The notes under the pieces: model-generated
Told to the model about the DNA's origin: nothing
Database searches by the model: none
What the model saw: only the letters and a program-made list of their open reading frames with translations
Part shown: piece after piece, positions 14,016-27,017 of the stretch
Layout: the number at the start of each line of letters is the position of its first letter
Position numbering within the stretch: the stretch's first letter is position 1
Made by a program: the position numbers and the translations under genes
Source of the DNA: Squalus acanthias
Taxonomy: Eukaryota
Length of the DNA stretch: 64,000 bases
NCBI GenBank assembly: GCA_030390025.1
Contig: CM059432.1
Span: 74,960,001 to 75,024,000 of the forward strand
Reading direction: 5' to 3'

Positions 14016-15021
14016 CTAGAACACATAGAAACATAGAAGATAGGAGCAGTAGTAGGCCATTCAGCCCCTCGAGCCTGCTCCGCCATTCAATGAGATCATG
14101 GCTGATCATCCAAATTCAGTACCCTGCCGCTGCCTTCTCTCCATATCCCTTGATCCCTTTAGTTTTAAGAAATATATCTAACTCCTTCTTGAATATATTT
14201 AAAGAATTGGCCTCTACTGCCTTCTGTGGTAGAGAATTCCATAGGTTCACCACTCTCTGGGTGAAGAAATTCCTCCTCATCTTAGTTTTAAATGGCTTAC
14301 CCCTTATCCTTAGACTGTGACCCCTGGTTCTGGACTCCCCGACCATCGGGAACATCTTCCTGCATCTAGTCTGTCTAGTCCTGTTAGAATTTTATAAGTT
14401 TCAATGAGATCCCCTCTCATTCTTCTAAACTCCAGTGAGTATAAGCCCAATCGACCCAATCTCTCCTCAAACGCCATTCCTGCCATCCCAGGTATCAGCC
14501 TGGTGAATCTTCGCTGCACTCCCTCCATGGCAAGAAGATCCTTCCTCAGATAAGGCGACCAAAACTGCACACAGTACTCAAGGTGTGGTCTCACCAAGGC
14601 CCTGTACAACTGCAGCAAGACATCCTTGTTCCTGTACTCGAACCCTTTCGCTACGAAGGCCAACATACCATTTGCCTTCTTAACCGCCTGCTGCACCTGC
14701 ATGCTTACCTTCAGCGATTGGTGCACAAGGACACCCAGGTCTCGTTGCACTTCCCCTTCTCCCAATCTATTGCCATTCAGATAATAATCTGCCTTCCTGT
14801 TTTTGACACCAAAGTGGATAACCTCGCATTTATCCACATTATATTGCATCTGCCATGCTTCTGCCCAATCACCCAACCTGTCCAACTCATACTGGAGTTT
14901 CTCGGCATCCTCCTCACGGCACACACTCCCACCCAGCTTTGTGTCGTCTGCAAACTTGGAGATATTACATCCAATTCCATCGTCCAGATCATTAATATAT
15001 ATAATGATTAGCTGGGGTCCT
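14016..15021 (-). mobile_element. CR1 LINE 3' fragment (~1 kb; RT C-terminus plus tail)
   Basis: GPQL..IYINDLDDG..KFADDTKLGG..RPHLEYCVQFWSP motifs and a (ttctatgt)n-type tail. About 10 differences from 15922-16927. Confidence 0.95.
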
Positions 15022-15466
15022 GAGAGAGAACACACAGGCAGAGAGAGAGAGTGAGAGAACATGCAGGCAGAGAGAGAGAGAACACAGGCAGAGAGAGAGA
15101 GAGAGAGAGAGAGAACACACAGGCAGAGAGAGAGAGAACAGAGAGGCAGAGAGAGAGAGAACACACAGGCAGAGAGAGAGAACACACAGGCAGAGAGAGA
15201 GAGAGAGAACACACAGGGAGAGAGAGAAAACACAGGCGGAGAGAGAGAGAGAGAACACACAGGTAGAGAGAGAGAGAGAGAGGGAGAGAGAGAACACACA
15301 GGCAGAGAGAGGGAGAACACACAGGCAGAGAGAGAACACACACAGGCAGAGAGAGAGGGAACACAGGCAGAGAGAAAGAGAACACACAGGCAGAGAGAGA
15401 GAGAACACACAGGCAGAGAGAGAGAGAGAGAGAGAGAACACACAGGCAGAGAGAAAGAGAACACAC

Positions 15467-15506
<40 letters not shown>

Positions 15507-15731
15507 CACACAGGCAGAGAGAAAGAGAACACACAGGCAGAGAGAGAGAGAGAACACAGGCAGAGAGAGAGAGAACACAGGCAGAGAGAGAGCGAGCGAG
15601 AGAGAGAGAGAATACACAGGCAGAGAGAGAGAGAATACACAGGCAGAGAGAGAGAGAGAGAGAGAGAACACGCAGGCAGAGAGAGAGAGAGAGAGAATAC
15701 ACAGGCAGAGAGAGAGAGAGAGAGAACACAC

Positions 15732-15768
<37 letters not shown>

Positions 15769-15921
15769 ACGCAGGCAGAGAGAGAGAGAGAGAGAGAACA
15801 CACAGGCAGAGAGAGAGAGAGAGAGAATACACAGGCAGAGAGAGAGAGAGAGAGAGAGAGAACACGCAGGCAGAGAGAACACACAGGCAGAGAGAGAGAG
15901 AACACACAGGCAGAGAGAGAG
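15022..15921. repeat. (GA)n-spaced satellite spacer
   Basis: aacacacaggca/(GA)n motifs. Confidence 0.95.
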
Positions 15922-18900
15922 CTAGAACACATAGAAACATAGAAGATAGGAGCAGTAGTAGGCCATTCAGCCCCTCGAGCCTGCTCCGCCATTCAATGAG
16001 ATCATGGCTGATGATCCAAATTCAGTACCCTGCCGCTGCCTTCTCTCCATATCCCTTGATCCCTTTAGTTTTAAGAAATATATCTAACTCCTTCTTGAAT
16101 ATATTTAAAGAATTGGCCTCTACTGCCTTCTGTGGTAGAGAATTCCACAGGTTCACCACTCTCTGGGTGAAGAAATTCCTCCTCATCTTAGTTTTAAATG
16201 GCTTACCCCTTATCCTTAGACTGTGACCCCTGGTTATGGACTCCCCGACCATCAGGAACATCCTTCCTGCATCTAGTCTGTCTAGTCCTGTTAGAATTTT
16301 ATAAGTTTCAATGAGATCCCCTCTCATTCTTCTAAACTCCAGTGAGTATAAGCCCAATCGACCCAATCTCTCCTCAAACGCCATTCCTGCCATCCCGGGT
16401 ATCAGCCTGGTGAATCTTCGCTGCACTCCCTCCATGGCAAGAACATCCTTCCTCAGATAAGGCGACCAAAACTGCACACAATACTCAAGGTGTGGTCTCA
16501 CCAAGGCCCTGTACAACTGCAGCAAGACATCCTTGTTCCTGTACTCGAACCCTTTCGCTACGAAGGCCAACATACCATTTGCCTTCTTAACCGCCTGCTG
16601 CACCTGCATGCTTACCTTCAGCGATTGGTGCACAAGGACACCCAGGTCTCGTTGCACTTCCCCTTCTCCCAATCTATTGCCATTCAGATAATAATCTGCC
16701 TTCCTGTTTTTGACACCAAAGTGGATAACCTCGCATTTATCCACATTATATTGCATCTGCCATGCTTCTGCCCAATCACCCAACCTGTCCAAATCATACT
16801 GGAGTTTCTCGGCATCCTCCTCACGGCACACACTCCCACCCAGCTTTGTGTCGTCTGCAAACTTGGAGATATTACATCCAATTCCATCGTCCAGATCATT
16901 AATATATATAGTGAATAGCTGGGGTCCTAGGACCGATCCCTGCGGTACCCCACTAGTCACCGCCTGACACTCGGAAAAAGACCCATTTATTCCAACTCTT
17001 TGCTTTCTGTCTGCCAACCAGTTCTCTATCCAAGTCAATACCTTGCCCCCAATCCCATGTGTCTTAACTTTACACGTTAATCTCTTGTGCGGGACCTTAT
17101 CGAAAGCCTTCTGAAAGTCCAAATACACCACATCCACTGGTTCTCCCTTATCCATTTTACCAGTTACATCCTCAAAAAATTCCAGATTAGTCAAGCACGA
17201 TTTGCCTTTTGTAAATCCATGTTGACTTTGTCCGATCCTGTCACTGTTTTCCAAGTGCTCTGCTATTACATCTTTTATAATGGACTCTAGCATTTTCCCC
17301 ACTACCGATGTCAGGCTTACTGGTCTATAGTTCCCCGTTTTCTCTCTACCACCTTTTTTGAATAGTGGGGTAACATTAGCTACCCTCCAATCCATGGGTA
17401 CTGTTCCAGAGTCTATAGAATTTTGGAAGATGACCAGCAATGCATCTACTATTTCTAGGGCCACTTCCTTAAGTACCCTAGGATGTAGATTATCAGGCCC
17501 TGGGGATTTATCGGCCTTCAATCCCGTCAATTTCCCTAACAATATTTCCCTACAAATACTGATTTCTTTCAGTTCCTCCCTCTCATTAGACCCTATGCTC
17601 CCCGACATCTCTGGGAGGTTATTTGTGTCCTCCTTTGTGAAGACAGAACCAAAGTATGTATTTAATTGGTCTGCCATTTCTTTGTTCCCCATTATAAATT
17701 CCCCTGATTCTGACTGCAAGGGACCTACGCTTGACTTCACCAATCTTTTTCTCTTCACATATCTATAAAAGCTTTTACAGTCAGTTTTTATGTTCCTCGC
17801 AAGCTTACTCTCATACTCTATTTTCCCCCTCTTAATTAATCCCTTTGTCCTTCTTTGCTGAATCCTAAACTGCTCCCAATCCTCAGGTTTTCTGCTTTTT
17901 CTGGCCAATTTATATGTCCTTTCCTTGGATCTTATGCTATCCCTAATTTCCTTTGTTAGCCACGGTTGAGTCACCTCTTTTGTTTTATTTTTATGCCAAA
18001 CTGGGATGAACAAATTCTGTAGTTCATTCATGCAATCTTTGAATGCTTGCCATTGCCTCTCCACCGTCAACCCTTTGAGTGACATTCCCCAATCAATCCT
18101 ACCCAACTCGCACCTCATACCATCGTAGTTTCCTTTCTTTAAATTCAGGACCCTAGTCTCTGAGTCAACTACTTCACTCTCCATCTTAATGAAGAATTCG
18201 ATCATATTATAATCGCTCCGACCCAAGGGGCCTCGCACAACAAGATTGCTAATTAATCCTTTCTCATTACATAATACCCAGTCTAAGATGGCCTGATCTC
18301 TGGTTGGTTCCTCGACATATTGGTCCAGGAAACCATCCCGAAAACACTCCAGGAATTCCTCCTCCACAGTATTGTTACGAATTTGGTTAGCCCAATCTAT
18401 ATGTAGATTAAAGTCGCCCATGATAACTGCTGTGCTCTTATTGCACGCATCTCTAATTTCCCTTTTAATGCCATCCCCAACCTCCGTATTACTGTTTGGG
18501 GGTCTATACACCACTCCCACTAGCGTTTTCATCCCCATGGTATTTCTCAGTTCTACCCATACAGATTCCACATCATCAGAGCTAATATCCTTCCTTACAA
18601 TTGTGTTAATCCCCTCTTTAACCAGCAATGCTACCCCACCTCCTTTTCATTTTTGCCTATTTTCCTGAATATTGAATACCCCTGTATATTGAGTTCCCAG
18701 CCTTGGTCACCCTGGAGCCATGTTTCTGTAATCCCAATCATATCATATTCGTTTACCTCTATTTGCGCAGCTAATTCATCCACCTTATTACGAATGCTCC
18801 TCGCATTAAGACACAAAGCCTTCAGGCTTGTTTTTTTAACGCTCTTAGACATTTTAGATTTTTTATTTATTTATTTATTTTTTACTGTGGCCACGTTTGA

Positions 18901-19677
18901 TTTAAACCCTTGATTTCTCTGACTGACACCTTTGTTTTTTTCCTTCCTGACTTTTGCTTCTATTCTTGTTTCCCTTTCCTCTGTCTCCCTGCTCAGGTTC
19001 CCAACCCCCTGCCATTTTAGTTTAAACCCTCCCCCAGAGCACTAGCAAACACTCCCCCAAGGACATCGGTCCCGGTCCTGCCCAGGTGCAAACCGTCCGA
19101 TTTGTACTGGTCCCACCTCCCCCAGAACCGGTTCCAATGTCCCAGGAATTTGAATCCCTCCCCCTTGCACCATTCCTCTAGCCACGTATTCATCTGAAAT
19201 ATCCTTCTATTTCTACTCTGACTAGCACGTGGCACTGGTAGCAATCCTGAGATTACTACCTTTGAGGTCCTATTTTTTAATTTATCGCCTAACTCCCTAT
19301 ATTCAGCTTTTAGGACCTCATCCCATTTTTTACCTATATCGTTGATATCTATATGCACCACGACAACTGGCTGTTCACCCTTCCCTTCCAAAATGTTTTG
19401 CAGCTGCTCTGAGTCATCCTTGACCCTTGCACCAGGGAGGCAACACACCATCCTGGAGTCTCATTTGCGGCCGCAGAAACGCCTATCTATTCCCCTTACA
19501 ATAGAATCCCCTATCACTATAGCTCTACCCCTCTTTTTCCTCCCGTCTTGTGCAGCAGAACCACCCCTGGTGCCAGGAAGTTGGCTGCTGCTGCCTTCCC
19601 CTGATAAGCCATCCCCCTCAACAGTATCCAAAGCGGTATATTTGTTTGAGAGGGGGATGTCCACAGGGGACTCCTGC
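15922..19677 (-). mobile_element. Young 5'-truncated CR1 LINE: ORF1 esterase part plus ORF2 APE endonuclease-RT
   Basis: ORF2 16022-18852 (NARSI, ITETW, YRPP, GDFN, NYRPVSLTS, YLDFQKAFDKV, GVPQGSVLGP, FADD) with one frameshift near 18630-18660. ORF1 SGNH/GDSL-like esterase (VIGDSIVR..CLPGARVKD..NDIG..DGLHL) 19017-19677 with an in-frame stop at 19461-63. Confidence 0.96.
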
Positions 19678-19729
19678 ACACAGGCAGAGAGAGAGAGGAC
19701 ACACAGGCAGAGAGAGAGAGAGAACAGAG

Positions 19730-19769
<40 letters not shown>

Positions 19770-20331
19770 GAGAGGCAGAGAGAGAGAGAGAGAACAGAGA
19801 GGCAGCGAGAGAGAGAGAACAGAGAGGCAGCGAGAGAGATAGAGAGAACAGAGAGGCAGAGAGAGAGATAGAGAGAACAGAGAGGCAGAGAGAGAGATAG
19901 AGAGAACAGAGAGGCAGAGAGAGAGAGAGAGAACAGAGAGGCAGAGAGAGAGAGAGAACAGAGAGGGAGAGAGAGAGAGAATGAGAGAACACAGGCAGAG
20001 AGAGAGAGAACACAGAGGCAGAGAGAGAGAGAACACAGGCAGAGAGAGAGAGAACACACAGGCAGAGAGAGAGAGAACACACAGGCAGAGAGAGAGAGAA
20101 CACACAGGCAGAGAGAGAGAGAGAACACACAGGCAGAGAGAGAGAGAGAACACACAGGCAGAAAGAGAGAGAGCGCACACAGGCAGAGAGAGAGAGAGAA
20201 CACACCAGCAGAGAGAGAGAGAGAACACGCCGGCAGAGAGAGAGAGAGCGCACACAGGCAGAGAGAGAGAGAGAACACGCCGGCAGAGAGAGAGAGAGAA
20301 CACGCCGGCAGAGAGAGAGAGAGAACACGCC

Positions 20332-20373
<42 letters not shown>

Positions 20374-20377
20374 AGAG

Positions 20378-20421
<44 letters not shown>

Positions 20422-20475
20422 CACAGGCAGAGAGAGAGAGAGAACACACCAGCAGAGAGAGAGAGAGAACACGCC

Positions 20476-20511
<36 letters not shown>

Positions 20512-20515
20512 AGAG

Positions 20516-20546
<31 letters not shown>

Positions 20547-20604
20547 ACACACCAGCAGAGAGAGAGAGAGAACATGCCGGCAGAGAGAGAGAGAACACGC
20601 CGGC

Positions 20605-20635
<31 letters not shown>

Positions 20636-22226
20636 ACAGAGAGGCAGAGAGAGAGAGAGAGAACAGAGGCAGAGAGAGAGAGAGAGAGAGAGTACAGAGA
20701 GGCAGAGAGAGAGAGAACACAGAGGCAGAGAGAGAGAGAGAACACAGGCAGAGAGAGAGAGAACACACAGGCAGAGAGAGAGAGAACACACAGGCAGAGA
20801 GAGAGAGAACACACAGGCAGAGAGAGAGAGAGAACACAGGCAGAGAGAGAGAGAGAGAATACACAGGCAGAGAGAGAGAGAATACACAGGCAGAGAGAGA
20901 GAGAGAGAACACAGGCAAAGAGAATGAACACACAGGCAGAGAGAGAGAGAACACGCAGGCAGAGAGAGAGAGAGAGAATACACAGGCAGAGAGAGAGAGA
21001 ATACACAGGCAGAGAGAGAGAGAGAGAGAACACAGGCAAAGAGAATGAACACACAGGCAGAGAGAGAGAGAACACGCAGGCAGAGAGAGAGAGAGAGAGA
21101 ACACGCAGGCAGAGAGAGAGAGAGAATGAACACACAGGCAGAGAGAGAGAGAACACGCAGGCAGAGAGAGAGAGAGAACACGCAGGCAGAGAGAGAGAGA
21201 GAGAACACAGGCAGAGAGAGAGAGAGAGAGAGAATGAGAGAACACAGGCAGAGAGAGAGAGAACACAGAGGCAGAGAGAGAGAGAGAGAGAGAATGAGAG
21301 AACACAGGCAGAGAGAGAGAGAACACACAGGCAGAGAGAGAGAGAGAGAACACGCAGGCAGAGAGAGAGAGAGAGAACACAGGCAGAGAGAGAGAGAGAG
21401 AGAGAATGAGAGAACACAGGCAGAGAGAGAGAGAACACAGAGGCAGAGAGAGAGAGAGAGAGAGAATGAGAGAACACAGGCAGAGAGAGAGAGAACACAC
21501 AGGCAGAGAGAGAGAGAACACAGGCAGAGAGAGAGAGAACAGAGAGGCAGAGAGAGAGAACACACAGGCAGAAAGAGAGAGAGAGAGAGAATGAGAGAAC
21601 ACAGGCAGAGAGAGAGAGAGAGAGAGAATGAGAGAACACAGGCAGAGAGAGAGAGAACACACAGGCAGAGAGAGAGAGAACACAGGCAGAGAGAGAGAGA
21701 ACAGAGAGGCAGAGAGAGAGAACACACAGGCAGAAAGAGAGAGAGAACACACCAGCAGAGAGAGAGAGAGAACACGCCGGCAGAGAGAGAGAGAGAACAC
21801 GCCGGCAGAGAGAGAGAGAGAACACGCCGGCAGAGAGAGAGAGAGAACACGCCGGCAGAGAGAGAGAGAGAGAACACGCCGGCAGAGAGAGAGAGAGAAC
21901 ACGCCGGCAGAGAGAGAGAGAGAACACGCCGGCAGAGAGAGAGAGAGAACACACCGGCAGAGAGAGAGAGAGAACACGCCGGCAGAGAGAGAGAGAGAAC
22001 ACGCCGGCAGAGAGAGAGAGAGAACACGCCGGCAGAGAGAGAGAGAGAACACGGGAAGAGAGAGAGAGAGAACACGGGCAGAGAGACAGAGAGAACACGG
22101 GAAGAGAGAGAGAGAGAACACGGGCAGAGAGAGAGAGAGAACACGCCGGCAGAGAGAGAGAGAGAACACGCCGGCAGAGAGAGAGAGAGAACACGCCGGC
22201 AGAGAGAGAGAGAGAGAGAACACGCC

Positions 22227-22279
<53 letters not shown>

Positions 22280-22391
22280 CACAGGCAGAGAGAGAGAGAG
22301 AACACACCAGCAGAGAGAGAGAGAGAACACGCCGGCAGAGAGAGAGAGAGAGAGAGAGAACACGCCGGCAGAGAGAGAGAGAGAACACGCC

Positions 22392-22425
<34 letters not shown>

Positions 22426-24578
22426 AGAGAGGCAGAGAGAGAGAGAGAGAGAGAGAGAACACACAGGCAGAGAGAGAGAGAGCGCACACAGGCAGAGAGA
22501 GAGAGAGAACACACCAGCAGAGAGAGAGAGAGAACACGCCGGCAGAGAGAGAGAGAGAGAACACGCCAGCAGAGAGAGAGAACACGCCGGCAGAGAGAGA
22601 GAGAGAGAACACGCCGGCAGAGAGAGAGAGAGAGAACAGAGGCAGAGAGAGAGAGAGAACAGAGGCAGAGAGAGAGAGAACACAGAGGCAGAGAGAGAGA
22701 GAACACAGAGGCAGAGAGAGAGAGAACACAGAGGCAGAGAGAGAGAGAGAACACAGAGGCAGAGAGAGAGAGAGAACACAGAGGCAGAGAGAGAGAGAAC
22801 ACAGAGGCAGAGAGAGAGAGAGAACACAGGCAGAGAGAGAGAACACACAGGCAGAGAGAGAGAGAACACAGAGGCAGAGAGAGAGAGCACACAGGCAAAG
22901 AGAGAGAACACAGGCAGAGAGAGAGAGAGAACACAGGCAGAGAGAGAGAACCCACAGGCAGAGAGAGAGAGAACACACAGGCAGAGAGAGAGAGAGAGAG
23001 AGAACACACAAGCAGAGAGAGAGAGAACACACAGGCAGAGAGAGAGAGCACACAGGCAAAGAGAGAGAACACAGGCAGAGAGAGAGAGAGAGAACACAGG
23101 CAAAGAGAGAGAGAGAGAATGAACACACAGGCAGAGAGAGAGAATGAACACACAGGCAGAGAGAGAGAATGAACACACAGGCAGAGAGAGAGAATGAACA
23201 CACAGGCAGAGAGAGAGAGAGAGAATGAACACACAGGCAGAGAGAGAGAGAGAGAGAGAACACGCAGGCAGAGAGAGAGAGAGAATGAACACACAGGTAG
23301 AGAGAGAGAACACACAGGTAGAGAGAGAACAGAGAGAGAACAGAGAGGCAGAGAGAGAGAGAGAACAGAGAGGCAGAGAGAGAGAGAACACAGAGGCAGA
23401 GAGAGAGAGAACACAAGCAGAGAAAGAGAGAGAACACACGGGCAGAGAGAGCGCGCGCGCGCACGGGCAGAGAGAGAGCGCGCGCGCACGGCAGAGAGCG
23501 CGCGCGCGCGCACGGGCAGAGAGCGCGCGCGCGCGCACGGGCAGAGAGAGAGCGCGCGCGCACGGGCAGAGAGAGAGCGCGCGACGGGCAGAGAGAGAGC
23601 GCGCGCGCACGGCAGAGAGAGAGCGCGCGCGCACGGGCAGAGAGAGAGCGCGCGCGCACGGGCAGAGAGCGCGCGCGCACGGGCAGAGAGAGCGCGCGCG
23701 CACGGGCAGAGAGAGCGCGCGCGCGCACGGGCAGAGAGCGCGCGCGCACGGGCAGAGAGAGAGCGCGCGACGGGCAGAGAGAGAGCGCGCGACGGGCAGA
23801 GAGAGAGCGCGCGACGGGCAGAGAGAGAGCGCGCGACGGGCAGAGAGAGAGCGCGCGACGGGCAGAGAGAGAGCGCGCGACGGGCAGAGAGAGAGCGCGC
23901 GACGGGCAGAGAGAGAGCGCGCGACGGGCAGAGAGAGAGCGCGCGACGGGCAGAGAGAGAGCGCGCGACGGGCAGAGAGAGAGCGCGCGCGCACGGGCAG
24001 CGAGAGCGCGCGCGCGCACGGGCAGAGAGAGCGCGCGCGCACGGGCAGAGAGAGCGCGCGCGCACGGGCAGAGAGAGCGCGCGCGCACGGGCAGAGAGAG
24101 CGCGCGCGCGCACGGGCAGAGAGAGCGCGCGCGCGCACGGGCAGAGAGCGCGCGCGCGCACGGGCAGAGAGAGCGCGCGCGCGCACGGGCAGAGAGAGCG
24201 CGCGCGCGCACGGGCAGAGAGAGCGCGCGCGCGCACGGGCAGAGAGAGCGCGCGCGCGCACGGGCAGAGAGAGCGCGCGCGCGCACGGGCAGAGAGAGCG
24301 CGAGCGCGCACGGGCAGAGAGGGAGCGCGCACAGGCAGAGAGAGAGAACACACAGGCAGAGAGAGAGCGCGCACAGGCAGAGAGAGAGAACACACAGGCA
24401 GAGAGAGAGAGAGAACACGCCGGCAGAGAGAGAGAGAGAACACGCCGGCAGAGAGAGAGAGAGAACACGCCGGCAGAGAGAGAGAGAGAACACGCCGGCA
24501 GAGAGAGAGAGAGAGAACACGCCGGCAGAGAGAGAGAGAGAACACGCCGGCAGAGAGAGAGAGAGAGAGAGAACAGAG

Positions 24579-24609
<31 letters not shown>

Positions 24610-24671
24610 ACACGCCGGCAGAGAGAGAGAGAGAACACGCCGGCAGAGAGAGAGAGAGAGAGAGAACAGAG

Positions 24672-24706
<35 letters not shown>

Positions 24707-24793
24707 ACACAGGCAGAGAGAGAGAGAGAACACACCAGCAGAGAGAGAGAGAGAGAACACGCCGGCAGAGAGAGAGAGAGAGAGAGAACAGAG

Positions 24794-24824
<31 letters not shown>

Positions 24825-24911
24825 ACACGCCGGCAGAGAGAGAGAACACACCAGCAGAGAGAGAGAGAGAGAACACGCCGGCAGAGAGAGAGAGAGAGAG
24901 AGAGAACAGAG

Positions 24912-24946
<35 letters not shown>

Positions 24947-24976
24947 ACACCAGCAGAGAGAGAGAGAGAACACGCC

Positions 24977-25012
<36 letters not shown>

Positions 25013-25177
25013 AGAGGCAGAGAGAGAGAGAGAGAGAGAGCAGAGGCAGAGAGAGAGAGAGAGAGAGAGAACAGAGGCAGAGAGAGAGAGAGAGAACAGA
25101 GGCAGAGAGAGAGAGAGAGAGAGAGAACAGAGAGGCAGAGAGAGAGAACACACCAGCAGAGAGAGAGAGAACACGCC

Positions 25178-25213
<36 letters not shown>

Positions 25214-26986
25214 AGAGGCAGAGAGAGAGAGAACAGAGAGGCAGAGAGAGAGAACCCACAGGCAGAGAGAGAGAACCCACAGGCAGAGAGAGAGAGAACC
25301 CACAGGCAGAGAGAGAGAGAGAGAGAGAACAGAGAGGCAGAGAGAGAGAGAGAGAGAGAGAGAACACACAGGCAGAGAGAGAGAACAGAGAGGCAGAGAG
25401 AGAGAACACACAGGCAGAGAGAGAGAACACACAGGCAGAGAGAGAGAACACACAGGCAGAGAGAGAGAACACACAGGCAGAGAGAGAGAACACAGGCAGA
25501 GAGAGAGAACAGAGAGGCAGAGAGGAGAGGGAACAGAGAGGCAGAGAGAGAGAACACAAGGTGAGAAAGAGAGAGAACAAGCCGGCAGAGACAGAGAGCG
25601 AGCGCGCACGGGCAGAGAGCGAGCGAGCGCTACGGGCAGAGAGCGAGCGCGCGCGCGCACGGGCAGAGAGAGAGCGCGCGCGCGCACGGGCAGAGAGAGA
25701 GCGCGCGCGACGGGCAGAGAGAGAGCGCGCGCGACGGGCAGAGAGAGAGCGCGCGCGCGCACGGGCAGAGAGAGAGCGCGCGCGCGCACGGGCAGAGAGA
25801 GAGCGCGCGCGCGCACGGGCAGAGAGAGAGCGCGCGCGCGCACGGGCAGAGAGAGCGCGCGCGCGCACGGGCAGAGAGAGCGCGCGCGCGCGCACGGGCA
25901 GAGAGAGAGCGCGCGCGCACGGGCAGAGAGAGCGCGCGCGCGCACGGGCAGAGAGAGCGCGCGCGCGCACGGGCAGAGAGAGCGCGCGCGCGCACGGGCA
26001 GAGAGAGCGCGCGCGCGCACGGGCAGAGAGAGCGCGCGCGCGCACGGGCAGAGAGAGCGCGCGCGCGCACGGGCAGAGAGAGCGCGCGCGCACGGGCAGA
26101 GAGAGCGCGCGCGCACAGGCAGAGAGAGCGCGCGCGCACAGGCAGAGAGCGCGCGCGCACGGGCAGAGAGCGCGCGCGCACGGGCAGAGAGAGAGCGCGC
26201 ACGGGCAGAGAGAGAGCGCGCACGGGCAGAGAGAGAGCGCGCACGGGCAGAGAGAGAGCGCGCACGGGCAGAGAGAGAGCGCGCACGGGCAGAGAGAGAG
26301 CGCGCACGGGCAGAGAGAGAGCGCGCACGGGCAGAGAGAGAGCGCGCACGGGCAGAGAGAGAGCGCGCACGGGCAGAGAGAGAGCGCGCACGGGCAGAGA
26401 GAGAGCGCGCACGGGCAGAGAGAGAGCGCGCACGGGCAGAGAGAGAGCGCGCACGGGCAGAGAGAGAGCGCGCACGGGCAGAGAGAGAGCGCGCACAGGC
26501 AGAGAGAGAGCGCGCACAGGCAGAGAGAGAGAGAGAGAGAGAGAACACAGGCAAAGAGAGAGAGAGAATGAACACACAGGCAGAGAGAGAGAGAGAGAGA
26601 GAACACACAGGCAGAGAGAGAACACACACAGGCAGAGAGAGAACACACACAGGCAGAGAGAGAACACACACAGGCAGAGAGAGAGAGAGAGAGAGAGAAC
26701 ACAGGCAAAGAGAGAGAGAGAATGAACACACAGGCAGAGAGAGAGAGAGAGAGAACACACAGGCAGAGAGAGAGAACACACAGGCAGAGAGATAGAGAGA
26801 GAACACACAGGCAGAGAGAGAGAACACACAGGCAGAGAGATAGAGAGAGAAAACACATGCAGAGAGAACTTACAGGCAGCACGAGAGAACACACAGGCAG
26901 AGAGAGAGAAAACACAGGCAGAGAGAGAGAGAACACACAGGCAGAGGGAGAGAACACAGAGGCAGAGAGAGAGAGAGAGAACACAG

Positions 26987-27017
<31 letters not shown>

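Noticed and set aside
19017..19677. Stand-alone GDSL/SGNH esterase gene next to an RT as a novel system
   Set aside because: An esterase domain in ORF1 of CR1-group LINEs is established, and it sits in the normal ORF1 position.
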